The position numbers were made by a program, and so were the translations under genes. Below, one piece after another: positions 1 to 12,252 of a DNA stretch of 64,000 bases. Position 1 is the first letter of the stretch; every line of letters starts with the position of its first letter. Origin of the DNA: Lepidodermella squamata (lineage: Eukaryota > Animalia > Gastrotricha); assembly GCA_047495785.1 (NCBI GenBank), contig JBLDXI010000054.1, positions 992,001 through 1,056,000 on the forward strand, given 5' to 3'. Under the pieces are notes generated by a model, which saw nothing but the letters and a program-made list of their open reading frames with translations, had not been told where the DNA came from and did no database searches.

Positions 1-662
1 TTCCGCTGTTTGGACAACTGTCCAGATAGGCCTGTTAGTGATCATTTCATTGGTTACCCCAATAACGTCTTCAGTCACTTGCTTTGAGCCTGATAATCGT
101 GATCCCTCAATCAGCATTCAGCCGTATCAGTATCAGTGTAATTTTTTCGATGACATATTCGCAAGTCCAATCAGTTTAACCTTCGCTTTAATCCTGGTTG
201 CATCGGATTTGATGCTCTTCTGTTACACCGCGTATTCATCATATGCGTGTTGGCGAGGCATGGTGAGATTTCTGAAGTTTTCTAAAAAGGTTCTCATCTA
301 TTTCCTTCCAGTCTAGCAATTCGATCCCCCTTCAAGATGCCAAAAACATGTCCACCTCAATTTACTGTCAGGTGCTGTTACTGATTGCTGGAGGTTTCCT
401 CGCATCTCTAAGTTCGTCGAGTAGCTCGCTCGCTGTTGAGGTACCACGCGACTGCATTGGGTCAGATTTCGAGAAGGGCTCTTTCAGCCAAAGCGAATTT
501 CTGTCTAGCCTCGTCGCTAGTGTTTCCGTTGCTTTCGTCTTCATAAATATTGTTTCATCTGCAATTATGAAGGTATAATTTTTGAACAAATTCTTCATGT
601 AGTTACTGATATTTGCGTCATTTCAGTGTTTCCTAAAACCGCCGTCTGCCGCGCGACGCTGA
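1..662 (+). CDS. Class C GPCR family A gene A0, 3' part only (TM4-TM7); exons <1-262, 312-572, 627-662
   Basis: Exon peptides (PITSSVTCFE..QPYQYQCNFFDD; QDAKNMSTSIYCQVLLLIAGGFLASLS; IVSSAIMK|CFLKPPSAARR*) align with the C-termini of paralogs A1-A3; 49- and 54-nt GT-AG introns at the same positions. Confidence 0.85.
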
Positions 663-1255
663 AAATCGAAGGTTCTAGAGGTGCAGTAATCCTATTTTCA
701 CTTTTTACTCATCATCTTTTGCACCCATGCTAAGAAAGCTTTAAAGTAAAACGACACCAGAAAAAGCCACGCTCTTAAAATTAATGCATAACCGATCAGG
801 TTGCAACATCTGTGAAATTCACTTATGTTCACAATCGGAAACTTCTCTGAAAATTGTACAATCCTGGAAAAGCGAGACAAAATAACGAGAGATGCAATAA
901 GATGCACTGCCTATTCTCCGAGTTGAGTCTGACCATATTATTGCTGCCGTTCCACTCGCCGAACATCAATATATCATTAATATGTGTGGAAACCAGGATC
1001 GCAGCTCGCGCGGTAGGAAATTGAATTACAAAATTATGATATTGCGATAAAAACAACGGATACCTAACATAATAAATAATAGCTAATCAGGGCTCCCACG
1101 AGGCCATCACTTTGTTGCTGTACGTTGATTAAGCGCACGGTGGGCGAGGACCGACAAAGCGTCTGGAAACTGGGTGGTGCGTGAACGAAGACTTGAAGAA
1201 TATGGTACAGGACTTCCGCTTGGTGTTTTCGAATATTGCAAATATAAAGCCCAGC

Positions 1256-1360
1256 CAGTGCGCGAAGTAGGATCCTGGGGATATTTTCGTGCCCAAATAT
1301 TATGACCAAAGGCCCCCTGTGGTTTTTGAGGGTTTTCACTTCGGTCTTAACTGGGGCTAC
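1256..1360. mobile_element. Partial copy of ~150-bp MITE family (TIR CAGTGCGCGAAGTAGG)
   Basis: CAGTGCGCGAAGTAGGATCC...GGTATTTTCG..TATGACCAAA..CCCCTGTGGTTTTTGAG matches the copy at 56850-57005. Confidence 0.6.
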
Positions 1361-2009
1361 GATAAAACGATTGAAATAAGGTTCTGCTCAGGGTTGGGGG
1401 TCTATGACCGTGAAAAATTCAAGGGAAATAGCTATTCAAGTATTTAAGTTTTCACGATCTAAACAGAGTAGTGGCAAGCGGCTGGCGGCTGCTCAGAGTC
1501 TGAAAAAGCTGTACAAGGCTGTGTTATTGCAGTTATCTGTGGAGCACTGTATCAGCAAGCAAGCAATTATTTGGACAGGAATAGGGTGGGTCAATAAAAG
1601 TAGCGTGGGTTACTATTTGCGGCGATATGGTATAGGTAGCGGCCCACTAACACGCATAGCAATATCGAAAAAGCTAAGTGATATTTGCAACACAGCTGCG
1701 TAAAGCAATCTATTGAGCATGCATTGTGTCATCGAAACCCGCCTTATCGAACTTCGAACATTGAGCTTTGCTTGGGCCCAGTGCCAGCGATTTCGTTCTC
1801 TATATCGCGAATCGCGAGTTCCGTTTAGCGACTGTAAGTATTGCTATTCCGATATTTCATAGTAATCATATTTTGGTATTTACTTGCACGCCTTCAACTT
1901 CCGCGGGGTAGATAGCATTCGCGCTGCTTCAAGCGTGGTTTTAATATTTATAATTTGAATTCGTGAATTTGGACGCTAACTTGAGCCTGCAGAGGAGTCT
2001 CCATGCCAT

Positions 2010-2595
2010 ATGTATCAAAACACGGCTCAACCTGTAGGGGGCTATATACCCCAGTCTTATCATGGTAACCACATGGCTCCGAATGTTTCCTACGCACAAC
2101 AGCAACCATACGCGATGCCTCCGGTGACAGTTTTCGTAAATCAAGGTGAACTAATATACCACCCGTTCAAATTGTGAAATATACTCACGATTTCTCAGGT
2201 ATTCCAATCCCCTCGCCATATACTAGTCGGAAACCAGTGCTGACGGGATGTCAAACTTGCAAAATGGCTGTTCAGACTGTAACAGAGCACAAAATAGGCG
2301 GATCCAGCTGGCTCTGCTGCTTTCTCATGTTTTTGCTCTGTCCACCGTGAGTAAGCCGTAATATGTGAAGCTATATGAAAAGATTTTCTATTCGTGGCTC
2401 TAGGTTATGCTGCTTGGTATTTCTGTTGGATTCATACAAAGAAGGTGCGTTATTTCGATTCGGGAATAGGCTTTTAAGGTAATATCCGTAAATACTGTTT
2501 CAGTTATTCACAAATGCCCGAAATGCAAATCTGAACTTGGTAGATGCCCGGTGAAACGATACAGGCGAGGGCGTTACAATGATTACGAATACTAA
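2010..2595 (+). CDS. LITAF/SIMPLE-like zinc-domain protein L1 (4 exons, missed by ORF track)
   Basis: Spliced product MYQNTAQPVGGY..QQQPYAMPPVTVFVNQ|GIPIPSPYTSRKPVLTGCQTCKMAVQTVTEHKIGGSSWLCCFLMFLLCPP|LCCLVFLLDSYKE|VIHKCPKCKSELGRC..*: Pro/Tyr/Gln-rich N-terminus, CxxC, hydrophobic stretch, HxCxxC. Confidence 0.9.
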
Positions 2596-3210
2596 TAATA
2601 AGGCTACAATTCATCAGCCCTCAGAGGCATAATGGAGTTCTAAATTCGAACTTTTAATGGCCTAAAACCTGTGTACAGTTATTGCTCTCAGGCAGTATCT
2701 ATGTTTGTGTTTGTTCATCAGGATTCTTCAAATAAAGATTGTTTTCATAATATATTTGTTCCTTCTTCGTAAGTCAATGACAGCAACGGTAGGGTGTCGG
2801 TTACCCAATGAGCAGGTGAAGCGGCAGAAAAGGTCAGCGATGAAGTGATCAATACGTCGCCACCCTGTTCATCGCCGCGAATCATATTGGTGTTTGAAAT
2901 TTACTAGGGATTAACAAAGTCTCCGTTCTGTGAGCCAGAAAAGTCTCCAGGTTGGCGGTTTGATTTTTTTTGAGTTTTATGCTTTGAATAAAACTCAGAT
3001 TTTAGTAGTATTTGAGCTGAGATCTTACAAGAGTAAAGTTATTCTAATCAACCCCGGATCTTGGTAGATGAAGACTGAAAATCAAAGAACTCAGGGCACA
3101 TTTCAGGTATAACATAATCCATAACTACAGAAGTTGCTTTGCATCTATATTATGGATGTATGTATGGAAAGAGGACAATGGTAAAGATTTTTATGTTTAT
3201 GTTTATCTCT

Positions 3211-3360
3211 CAGTGTGCGAAGTAGGATCCGAGAGCTGTGTTTTCTACTTGTTTTCCAGGACCCAGCCGAAGAAATCAAGGGCCCCCCTGTGGTTCCTTT
3301 CAGCCTTCCTCGGGTTGGAGTCCCGGAGCTGGGGTGTCGCGACCTGTACTTCGCACCCTA
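3211..3360. mobile_element. MITE, ~150-bp family
   Basis: Left CAGTGTGCGAAGTAGG and right TACTTCGCAC inverted ends; internal CCCCCTGTGGTT shared with other copies. Confidence 0.6.
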
Positions 3361-4100
3361 GCAGCTATTACCCAGGCGGCTGGTAACTCGAATACTGCCA
3401 GACTTGGTCTCTGATTGGTCCCTGATCGTGTCGCTGCGACAAGCATGGTACACTGGGGACAATCAGATCGCGTGCCGAGCGAAACAAATAGCTGCGTGAT
3501 TACTCCATTTCCATTTGCATGACACCGGCACGCCACATAAAAGGCCCCTCACATTGGTAGTCCGACATCTATAGCCAATTTCATCAACCTCTTTGGAGCA
3601 AGGAGGTTAGAATTCGCAAAAAATAGTTTACAATTTGTAATACTCAGTCTATCGGGAGACAGTAATTTTGACATGAATGGGGCAAGTCAATAAATGAGCG
3701 TGGGTTACTATTTGCAGCGACATGGCATAGGCAGTGGCCTACTAACACACTTTGCAGCGAAAATTCGATAAAGCTGATGGGTATTCGCAATACAATAGTA
3801 AAGCAATTTATTGACCCATGTATATCCTGTCATCAAAACCCACTGAATCGATCGTCGAATATCAGACTTGGGCTCCGTGCCAGTGATTTCATTCACTATA
3901 TTGCGCGTTCATTATTTCAGTTTTCTACAGAACAAATTGCGACTCTGCTTTTTCATAGTAATACCTATCTGTATTTATTTTAACGCTTATTACTTCCGCG
4001 AGGTTTATAGAATTCGTGCATCTCCATGGCTGGTTTTAATATTTGAAATCTTTATCTGTGTATTCGGTCACCAACGTAGAGCTATAGCAGCAGAGTCTCT

Positions 4101-4681
4101 ATGTATCAAAGCACGTATCAACCTATAGGGGGCTATATGGTCCAGCCTAACCAAGGTTATTACATGGCCCCGAATGTTTCCTACGCACTACAGCAACCGT
4201 ACGCGATGCCACCGGTGACGGTTTTCGTAGATCAAGGTAAACTGATAAACAATGATCCACCTCTTCACAAATTCTCAGATATTATCTTCGCAATTTCTCA
4301 GGCGATCCCGCATCTATGCCTTGGAATAATCGAAAGTCAGTGCTGACGAGATGCGGAACTTGCAGAATGACTGTACAGACGCTGACTGAACATAGGTGGA
4401 GTATCGTGAATTGGCTCTGCTGCCTGCTATTCTGTGCCATCTTTCCGCCGTGAGTATTTCGAAATGATTAAGAAACATTCCATCACCTTCTTATATTCAT
4501 ATAAATCTAGCTTATTTGTGCTGGCATTTTTCTGTGAATCCCAAAAGGAAGGTGGGTATTTCTTTTTTATTAAATGATTTATGATTGATGTGTGAATATT
4601 ATTGCTTCAGTCGTTCACAAATGCCCGAGTTGCAGGTACGAGCTTGGCAGGTGTGGGCCGAAACGATACAAGCGATACTGA
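4101..4681 (+). CDS. LITAF-like protein L2 (4 exons)
   Basis: MYQSTYQPIGGY..; RKSVLTRCGTCRMTVQTLTEHRWSIVNWLCCLLFCAIFPP; VHKCPSCRYELGRC..*; same intron positions as L1. Confidence 0.9.
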
Positions 4682-5412
4682 CTCGGAATCAATTTAATAT
4701 TGTGATTACGAGCCTTTCGAAAAGCCTATCTCGATTTTGGAGCCATTTTTAATAAATGCAGCATGAATGAAAAAGTCCGTGTTGTTAATTTTACCATCCG
4801 CCATCCGCCTGAAGCCGATGTGCCTTGAGTATATAAGATCTAAGATCGGCTTCTTCTCTATCACATGGGCCTATTCATTGATATTTCGAATTTGAATCTT
4901 CTATTTGGGAATCGAAATGTTCGATGAGACAACAGGCCTTAAAGGAGGATCGACCTGAAAAATGTTTTTCTTATTAAATAGAGTCCATCTTGTTCCAATT
5001 GATCAGTACGATATCTTCATTAAGAATCCATCCCTTATGACGGCTTAATCTGAACAATCCTTAAGATGTATATTAAACTAAATTCTTCACTGACACTGAA
5101 TTAGCTGTAAACAGTAAATTTGTCCAATAATAGCGGCCATATGAAGGTTGGAATTTTACAATCAGCAAAGGTACAGGTATGGACATTACGCACGTTAGAT
5201 TCGACATACTGCTCAAATAAGGGCTTCTAGCGCCTCTAGCATCTATTTAAGGACATCTCAGTGGAGAACAGGCTTATAGTCACGTCTCTCCAAGTTCATG
5301 CCCATACGCGATAAAAAGGCAGTGAAAATGCTCTGCCTAATAAGGAAAGTACATATATCAAGCCGCTTCTTCAAGCCTATCTTTGTAAATTTTTCCTTAC
5401 AAGTTTTCGGTC

Positions 5413-8410
5413 ATGTTCTCTGCGGTTTTCTTGATTTTCCTTGTGTGCAGTGGTTCTGGGCTGAAGCTAGATCCATTCAACACCCCACTTCAAGAGTTTG
5501 GAACCTCGTTCGCCTACAACATGAGCGATCAGATGAATCGAACCAAAATTCACGTCTCTATGGCCATATCCTACAATTGCTGGTTCCCTCAAGGATTACC
5601 TTGCATGGAAGCCATGGAAATTGCCCTCGATCAGTTGCGGAAGATGCCTGGGATGCTAACGAGATACGAACTGGTTCTGAATTTTGTGGAGGATGAGGTA
5701 CAATGTTGTATTTTTTTTCGGTTAATTTGCGCAACTAATTTCAATTTCAGTGTACCGACGCAACCATTCTTCAAAACATGACAAAAATCCTTGAAAATCG
5801 CTACACCGCTGACAATCTAATGCCGTTTGTAGTCATTGGGGAATGCGACAATGAAAAGGGCATGCTGACTTCTGCGGCTCTGATGCAGCATTACAACTTC
5901 TTTGGAGTTTGCTAACCCCGACTAAGCTTGCTTGAAATATACCTTATCCTATTTCTCTCAGGTAACTCTTGCTCAGGGTACGATTCGATTATACACCGAG
6001 CGAAAGCGGCTCAAGAACTACGCAACTCTCGGTCACCGTGGCGATATCCAGTTCATCGCTCTGGCTAAAATGATTCGAAAGATGGGCTGGAAAAAAGTTG
6101 CGATCCCGTCCAATCTGGATCCTTTCTCCAGCATGGTTAACTTTTCGCTTTCTTATGATATTTTTCAAACTCACTAATCTATCAGATGGACGCGGCTCTG
6201 ATCGATCAGCTTGAGAATGAGCGCATCGAAATTGCATGGATGGGAAAGGTTGTCACCTCAGATGATGACAACACCTTGATGTTGGGGCTCGAGGACTCGT
6301 TCCATGAAATGAAACGGCGAGATCCGAGGATCATCGTCTACAACGGGGGTTATCTAGCTACAGTTGTATGCTGGATGTATAGGTTGGGAATGATGGGACC
6401 TCAATACGTGATATTTTCATTATCCTGGTACGAACGCGTGTCTCCTACGGTCAAAATATGGCCGGTCACGCCATGGTGCAAGCATCACATGATCATCGAA
6501 GTTTTGCTAAGTGGCGTTCACATTTTCTACTTTGGCGATACCCAGCTTTCAGACATTTACGGCATCGATTACCCAGATTCAAGTGGAAACACTCAACGGA
6601 AACTCGATGTTGAATTGAAAAATCGGATTGATAACCCGGAGCAACATCCACTTTGGCAATATTGGCCCCAGATTTGCTACGATCGTGCGTTGAGCACTGG
6701 CTTCATCCTTCAAGCCGCTGAAAGTCGCCTCAACAAACGTGAGTTGCTGTAGTTTGCCTTTGACTCCCAGGGATCTGAGACATCAATTATAAATTAGCTA
6801 TATGCATTTTACCTATGATTAAAATAACTAATATTATAGTGAGGAGAGATTATTGTCCGTAAAACAATGTTCAAATTCAAAGCCTTCTCTCTTAACCCAT
6901 AGAGAATCAAACCTTGTCCGACTGGTTCACTTCAACGAAAAATTTCGAGGAAAACGGAAATCAGCTGAGAAAAATCTGGTATGAAGCTCTTTACTCGATG
7001 AATTTCTCAGGAATCAAAGGCGAGTATGGAATTAGTAGAGAGACAAATCTAACTTTCGGATACGTTCCAATCACTTTCATTCAATCCCTCGGCTACGGAA
7101 ATGAGTCTCGAGTCGCTGCGTATTACAAAAATAACGATGCAAAAGGGATCTATCTAATGGACATTCGCTGGAACACAAGGGACGGCCTGCCTCCAAGAGA
7201 TAGGGCTATAACCAGCCTCATCAAGATGCCGGCAATCAAACCGAGTTCCCGATCAATATTAGTTATCATTTCTAGTCTGGAAATCTTGGCCGGTGTAGGA
7301 TTCCTGGCAGCTGCTCTAATAAAGCGCTCCAGGCCCCATTTGATACGAAAGTTTTTCCTTTACAGAGGCGATTTGATCGTTATAACTGGCGATATCATTC
7401 TTCTGAGTCATGCATTCGCTATCCCTGACGAAGGCGTGACTAACTCAATCAAGAGGAACTGTACTGCGATGCTTTACATTATCTTGATAGGACTCTCAGT
7501 AGTCCTTGGTGGTTACCTCACTAAACTCGGTAAATCCTTCACGTTCACCCCAACGAATAATTGGAACAACTTCCTAAGAAATTCGGGGATGCACGTCCTT
7601 GGTGCCTCGAGATCCCACAATCGCCTATCGCGTGCTACTTCATTGCTTGTACAACCCATTTCAAGAACAAATTCTGCCTTTTCGGGCTTGACAATCAAGG
7701 AAACTCTCGACTTGCTCTCAGTGCTAGTTAGCAACGGAAGTTTTGCCGCCGGTTGGACTTTCCTCCAAGTTGGCTTGCTGACAGCTGCAATCATCATTCA
7801 TCCAATAACTGCGTCAATAACGTGCTTCGACATGGATAAAAGCAATCCAGCAATCACTTTTCAGCCGTATCAGTTTCAGTGCAATGTTTTTGAGGACCTC
7901 TTTGCAAATGTGGCTACTCTTGGTATTGTTTCTACCATCATTGGCACTGAGCTAGTATTATTTGTCTACAATTCTTATGGCGCTTACGTCGGACGTCAAG
8001 GAAGGGTAAGATTCAGCAAACTCTCACTCTCTTGTAACTTTAAATATTTTCAATTCAGGCTAAACATTCAGCTTATGGTCAAGATTTGAAGAATATGGCG
8101 AATGGAATCTATTGCGAAATCATACTGGTTGTAGCTGGTGGTTTTCTTGCTTCCCTCAGTGTTTCCGACGATGCAGATACTGTTGAGCATCCTCAGCGAT
8201 GTCTCGATTTCAACATTGAGCGTAGTGAGAGTAAGAGCGATTATTCTTACACTCTCCTATCGAGCATCGTCTTAATTTTTGCTGCGGTCAATTTGTTTTC
8301 CTGCGCTATAATGAAGGTAAGTCGATTCCTTTACTACGAAATATGATCAAATTTGGTTTGTTTCATAGCTTTTCCTGAAAAGAAGCAGGACTGTTAACTT
8401 CAGACATTAG
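5413..8410 (+). CDS. Class C GPCR family A gene A1 (GABA-B-like VFT + 7TM); exons 5413-5697, 5751-5906, 5962-6135, 6186-6738, 6903-8005, 8059-8316, 8369-8410
   Basis: Signal peptide; FPQGLPCMEAMEIALDQLRKMPGMLTRYELVLNFVEDEC resembles GABA-B1 WPGGQACQPAVEMALEDVN..LPDYELKL; KMGWKKVA, KRRDPRII, WMYRLGMMGPQYVIF, NFSGIKG; no cysteine-rich domain; seven hydrophobic segments; six GT-AG introns keep the frame. Confidence 0.88.
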
Positions 8411-9258
8411 ACACCAAAACAACGATCTCTATAACACGATGAAAAGCTATCAAAGTCTTGAGTTTTGATGGTTTTACAATTGGTATTTCTCATTTTCAGT
8501 CGAGCTGCACGTGCCTGGATTAAACAGCGTTCAGTAGTTACCTCAAACACTCTGATATTCACAAGCCTGAGATTTCCCATCTTAGGATGTAAATCGAAAA
8601 TGAACAAGGCATGTAGGAAACAGATTATTTCTATGTAGTCAGTTAAAAAATGAAAAGAGTGATATTTTTCAAAACTGGACTGTGTTTGATTTCGCCGTTT
8701 GTCGCTGATCCTAACTAATTTAAGGAGCCTAGACGCTTTCCCAATAATTTCGTGTTTGAGATGGGATCCGCTCAACTAAGGATACTGGGTGAAAGGGTCT
8801 GAGGTCTGAGCAAATAAACACTGACGAAACATATCTGGAATTATTGCTATATCTCACCGAGCTATTTCGGCAGTCGTGCTTGTTATTGTGTTCCTTTTCG
8901 ACCCACGTAGAAAGCAGCGAAACAAGATAATATATAGCCCCCTCTCAGCAAAAAGTCGATCTTTGTCACTGTATACTGAGAGTGCGAATGTGACAATGAA
9001 AGAATTGTTTGATGATAAATTAATCATCAACTAAAACTGGCTAACATTCCGTTCAAAATCCCTTCCGTCTTCCGTCAAACACGTTTAACAATTTATAAGG
9101 AGATATATAGAAGTAGCAACAAAGTGAGCTCTCTACTGCTGTTTCCCGCAATTTGACCTATGTTGAACACACTCTCATGTGATCTTACTGAGATTCCCAG
9201 GATTGCGCAGCTTTGAGCTTGATTTCGACGTTCTGCATCAGTACAAATTTTCAGAAAA

Positions 9259-11568
9259 ATGATTTACACCCTTTTTCACTGCATTTTGTTATCCGTTACA
9301 ATTATGAGAGTGGATTGCAAGGCGAAAACGATTCGAATTCTTCATCTAGCTCCGGTAGGGGATATCGAACCTGTCATGGCTCAATCGATGACTTCAGCGC
9401 CCCAAATGGTTGCTGATAGAATAAACGCGAGAGGAGACATTTTGGCTGATTACAACATCGAATTTGCAACCCGTGGAGATCGGATGGGCGTAGACTCCGC
9501 AAAAAGACTCATCGAATTTCTTCGGGAAAATGAGTCAAATCAAAATGTCACCATGTCCCCAATCGTCATTGGGCCAGCTCTATCAACCGGCTGCAAGGCT
9601 ATTGGTCCAATTTTGGGCGAAATTGATACTGTCGCTATTTCCACATTCTGCTCAGCCCCATCTTTGTCTGATCGGAGCCGCCTACCAAATTTGTACCTAT
9701 CTGTGGCTACGGGGAAGGTAACAGCATTAGGAGTTCTCCGTTTTATGTCGGATATCGGGAAATGGTCGCGATTCGGGATAATCGCCTATTCCTTGAATGC
9801 TAACGACTATGACACAGGTTTCTTCCTCCACAGTCGTGCAGTTGAGTCGGGATTCATAGTTCCCTGGTTTACTATGGCGTCAGATGTAGACTCTGACATT
9901 GTCAACTCATTGCAGGCCAGCGATTTGAGAATAATAGTGCTAAGCTCCAGCAATTCCAATTTCACCAACAAATTTCTATGCGAGGCGTACAAGATAGGAT
10001 TGCGCAGTCCTCGCTATGTTTTTATAGCGTACATGGACTCTTTCTTGCCTGACCCAGTTCCCGGTTGTTACAGAGAAGATCTCCATTCCCAACTAGTTCA
10101 AACCTTCTACTTTGGCTACACGATGGAGCCTGATAACTACACAATGGTCACTGATTTAGGGTATACGGCTGCTGATTTTGCAGCCAAACTAAAGAGGGAG
10201 ATAGATGGTGTATCTTCTGACGACTTATTAGCATTTTCATACACTACTCACGATACTGCGCTAAAAGCTGCGATGATCCTTCACAATACTGAAATTAAAC
10301 TGAAAAAGCGGTACAATCTTACGCTGAGTGATTACAAAAATCATCCTGAAATTGTGTTGAAAATCGTCAACGAGTGTGTTATCGCGTCAAAGGTTATAGG
10401 AGTTCGAGTCGGGCTGATGGCTTATACAGCGGCGGGTCAGCCGTTGGGCGATATTCAAACAGTTTCCCATTGGAATCCTGAGAACGGGTTGCGAAATCTT
10501 GCATTCATTCGCCAAAGCATGAATGGTGGGTCTGAGAATTCCTATTTGAGCTACAGTCTTAAAATCATGGACCAAATCAATTGGACAAGCGGCCATCCAC
10601 CAAAGGACTACCCAACAGTCGTCAGGGATGAGCAGCATTTGCCCAACGCCGCTTTTATTGCAGCGATTATGCTGAGTGGTTTTTCATCTCTGCTTCAAGT
10701 TGCTGCGGCGATTCGAACTTTCCTGAGACGGAATTCAGGAAGCTCGAAATTTACAATGACCAACAGCATCGGATTCTTGGGTTGCCTTGTTCTGAATGCT
10801 TCAGCTATTCTTTTCGCAATTGATCGAAGCTTAGCAAGCTCGAGGATCCACATTTATTCGTTGGTGAGTCTGTTCATCGGCGTAACAATCATTTTTGGCG
10901 TTCTGCTAACTCGGGTTGCTGTATTAGTTCGATACAGTGGGCCCCTGAGGCCGAGGCAAACAAAAGACAAACATTCTACAAGCTTCTATACAACAGCAGT
11001 AAGTAGGCCAGTGTATCAGCGAGAGACGATTCAAAGCCAAGAAACTCGATTCATCATAGAGGCTTGGCCCTCAATGGACAAAAATTCGGCCATCACAATT
11101 CTCTCTCTGGTGTTCATGCTCTGCGTAGTACTAGCTGGCTGGTTCTCGAGTCAAGATATGATTTGTTCCTCGGAAATTCTAGGAAATCCTGTTTACAACG
11201 AACTGACGGATGTTGTTCAAGAAACCCGGATAGTTACGTGTTCAACTGAGAATACAGGCAATTTTGTCATTGGAATTGGAAGCCTGCACGTTCTGATGCT
11301 GCTCATAGCCGCATATGAGTATTACTTGGCTAACAGGAAAGAAATAATGAGCGATGTGGTTGATTTCAAACATTATCGTCTGAGCACAGCAAATGCGGCT
11401 ATCATGTACTTGGCGACTATTTTGATCTGCCTCCTTTTGTCTGAAAATGCGATCGAGCAGCAAATCGCTTTGATATTCTGTATCTTAGCGCTATCCCTTT
11501 CAACTTCAATCGCGTGGATTCTCCCTTTATTATCTCGAAATGAAATAATTGAACCGATTCGCAATTAA
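9259..11568 (+). CDS. Class C GPCR family B gene B1, intronless, 769 aa
   Basis: Signal peptide; ADRINARGDILADYNIEF, IVIGPALS, ISTFCSAPSLSDR, FLCEAYKIGLRSPRYVFI, WTSGHPPKD followed by seven TM segments; GABA-B/ANF-receptor-type VFT. Confidence 0.9.
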   Translation: MIYTLFHCILLSVTIMRVDCKAKTIRILHLAPVGDIEPVMAQSMTSAPQMVADRINARGDILADYNIEFATRGDRMGVDSAKRLIEFLRENESNQNVTMSPIVIGPALSTGCKAIGPILGEIDTVAISTFCSAPSLSDRSRLPNLYLSVATGKVTALGVLRFMSDIGKWSRFGIIAYSLNANDYDTGFFLHSRAVESGFIVPWFTMASDVDSDIVNSLQASDLRIIVLSSSNSNFTNKFLCEAYKIGLRSPRYVFIAYMDSFLPDPVPGCYREDLHSQLVQTFYFGYTMEPDNYTMVTDLGYTAADFAAKLKREIDGVSSDDLLAFSYTTHDTALKAAMILHNTEIKLKKRYNLTLSDYKNHPEIVLKIVNECVIASKVIGVRVGLMAYTAAGQPLGDIQTVSHWNPENGLRNLAFIRQSMNGGSENSYLSYSLKIMDQINWTSGHPPKDYPTVVRDEQHLPNAAFIAAIMLSGFSSLLQVAAAIRTFLRRNSGSSKFTMTNSIGFLGCLVLNASAILFAIDRSLASSRIHIYSLVSLFIGVTIIFGVLLTRVAVLVRYSGPLRPRQTKDKHSTSFYTTAVSRPVYQRETIQSQETRFIIEAWPSMDKNSAITILSLVFMLCVVLAGWFSSQDMICSSEILGNPVYNELTDVVQETRIVTCSTENTGNFVIGIGSLHVLMLLIAAYEYYLANRKEIMSDVVDFKHYRLSTANAAIMYLATILICLLLSENAIEQQIALIFCILALSLSTSIAWILPLLSRNEIIEPIRN

Positions 11569-12210
11569 ATAATCTTATTTAAATAAGGGTACAATAAAGC
11601 AGAAAGCAGAATGAAATTTCTTCATGATTGAAAAACATTTCTGCGGCGAAAATCGTTGGAAGTTGGAATTTTTTAAATTGACCTGCCACTTCCATGACAA
11701 GGTTTACTGGGAAGATTTTACGTTTAGGCGGGAGGTTGACAAACATCAGGGCTTGGGACAATATTTTCGAAAATTTCAGCATTGCTCTGCCAGAAAACTT
11801 GGGCGCAGTTTTTTTAATTTATGCAAAATGGTGAGCTTTTCCACTTTTTTCGTTTGGAGTCATGCAGTTCGAGGGTTAAGACACCTTACCGGCTAAATAA
11901 TGGCATCCCGCAAGTTTCAGCGTTCGATGAAGTTCACTTCAAAAGTATGCATTTTTTCGCAGATTATTGGCACTTGCGCATTTGAAATGGTAGTTCAATG
12001 TTGAACTACCATTCCAAAAATTACCATCCGAACTTTGGCACGCTTGTACAACAAATTATTATTCCGCATCAAGTAGGTTGTTGTTTTGCTTAAATTAGCG
12101 TTTTAACTTGCTTTTTTATGATTACGAATTCAAAAGGATGAGCAATCGAGGTTTCGCAATTTTTAGCCGGATGAGGTAATTTGAGGTATTTGATCATGTG
12201 AACAGGGCCT

Positions 12211-12220
12211 TATATATAAA
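12211..12220 (+). promoter_or_regulatory. Probable TATA box of the actinoporin-like gene
   Basis: TATATATAAA ~40 nt upstream of ATG 12253. Confidence 0.5.
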
Positions 12221-12252
12221 CCCACCTAGCGACATGCCGAAGCAGCCCAAAA

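Larger units (their letters stand above)
1585..4690 (+). repeat. Segmental tandem duplication of ~1 kb (about 1585-2600 and 3680-4690) carrying a LITAF gene plus ~400 bp upstream
   Basis: GTCAATAAA..AGCGTGGGTTACTATTTGC.GCGA.ATGG.ATAGG at ~1590 and ~3686, colinear through both LITAF genes. Confidence 0.8.

Noticed and set aside
2780-2880. GC-richer segment with short inverted repeat AGGGTG/CACCCT, considered as a structured ncRNA
   Set aside because: No recognisable tRNA, snRNA or snoRNA motifs; an Rfam/Infernal search would be needed
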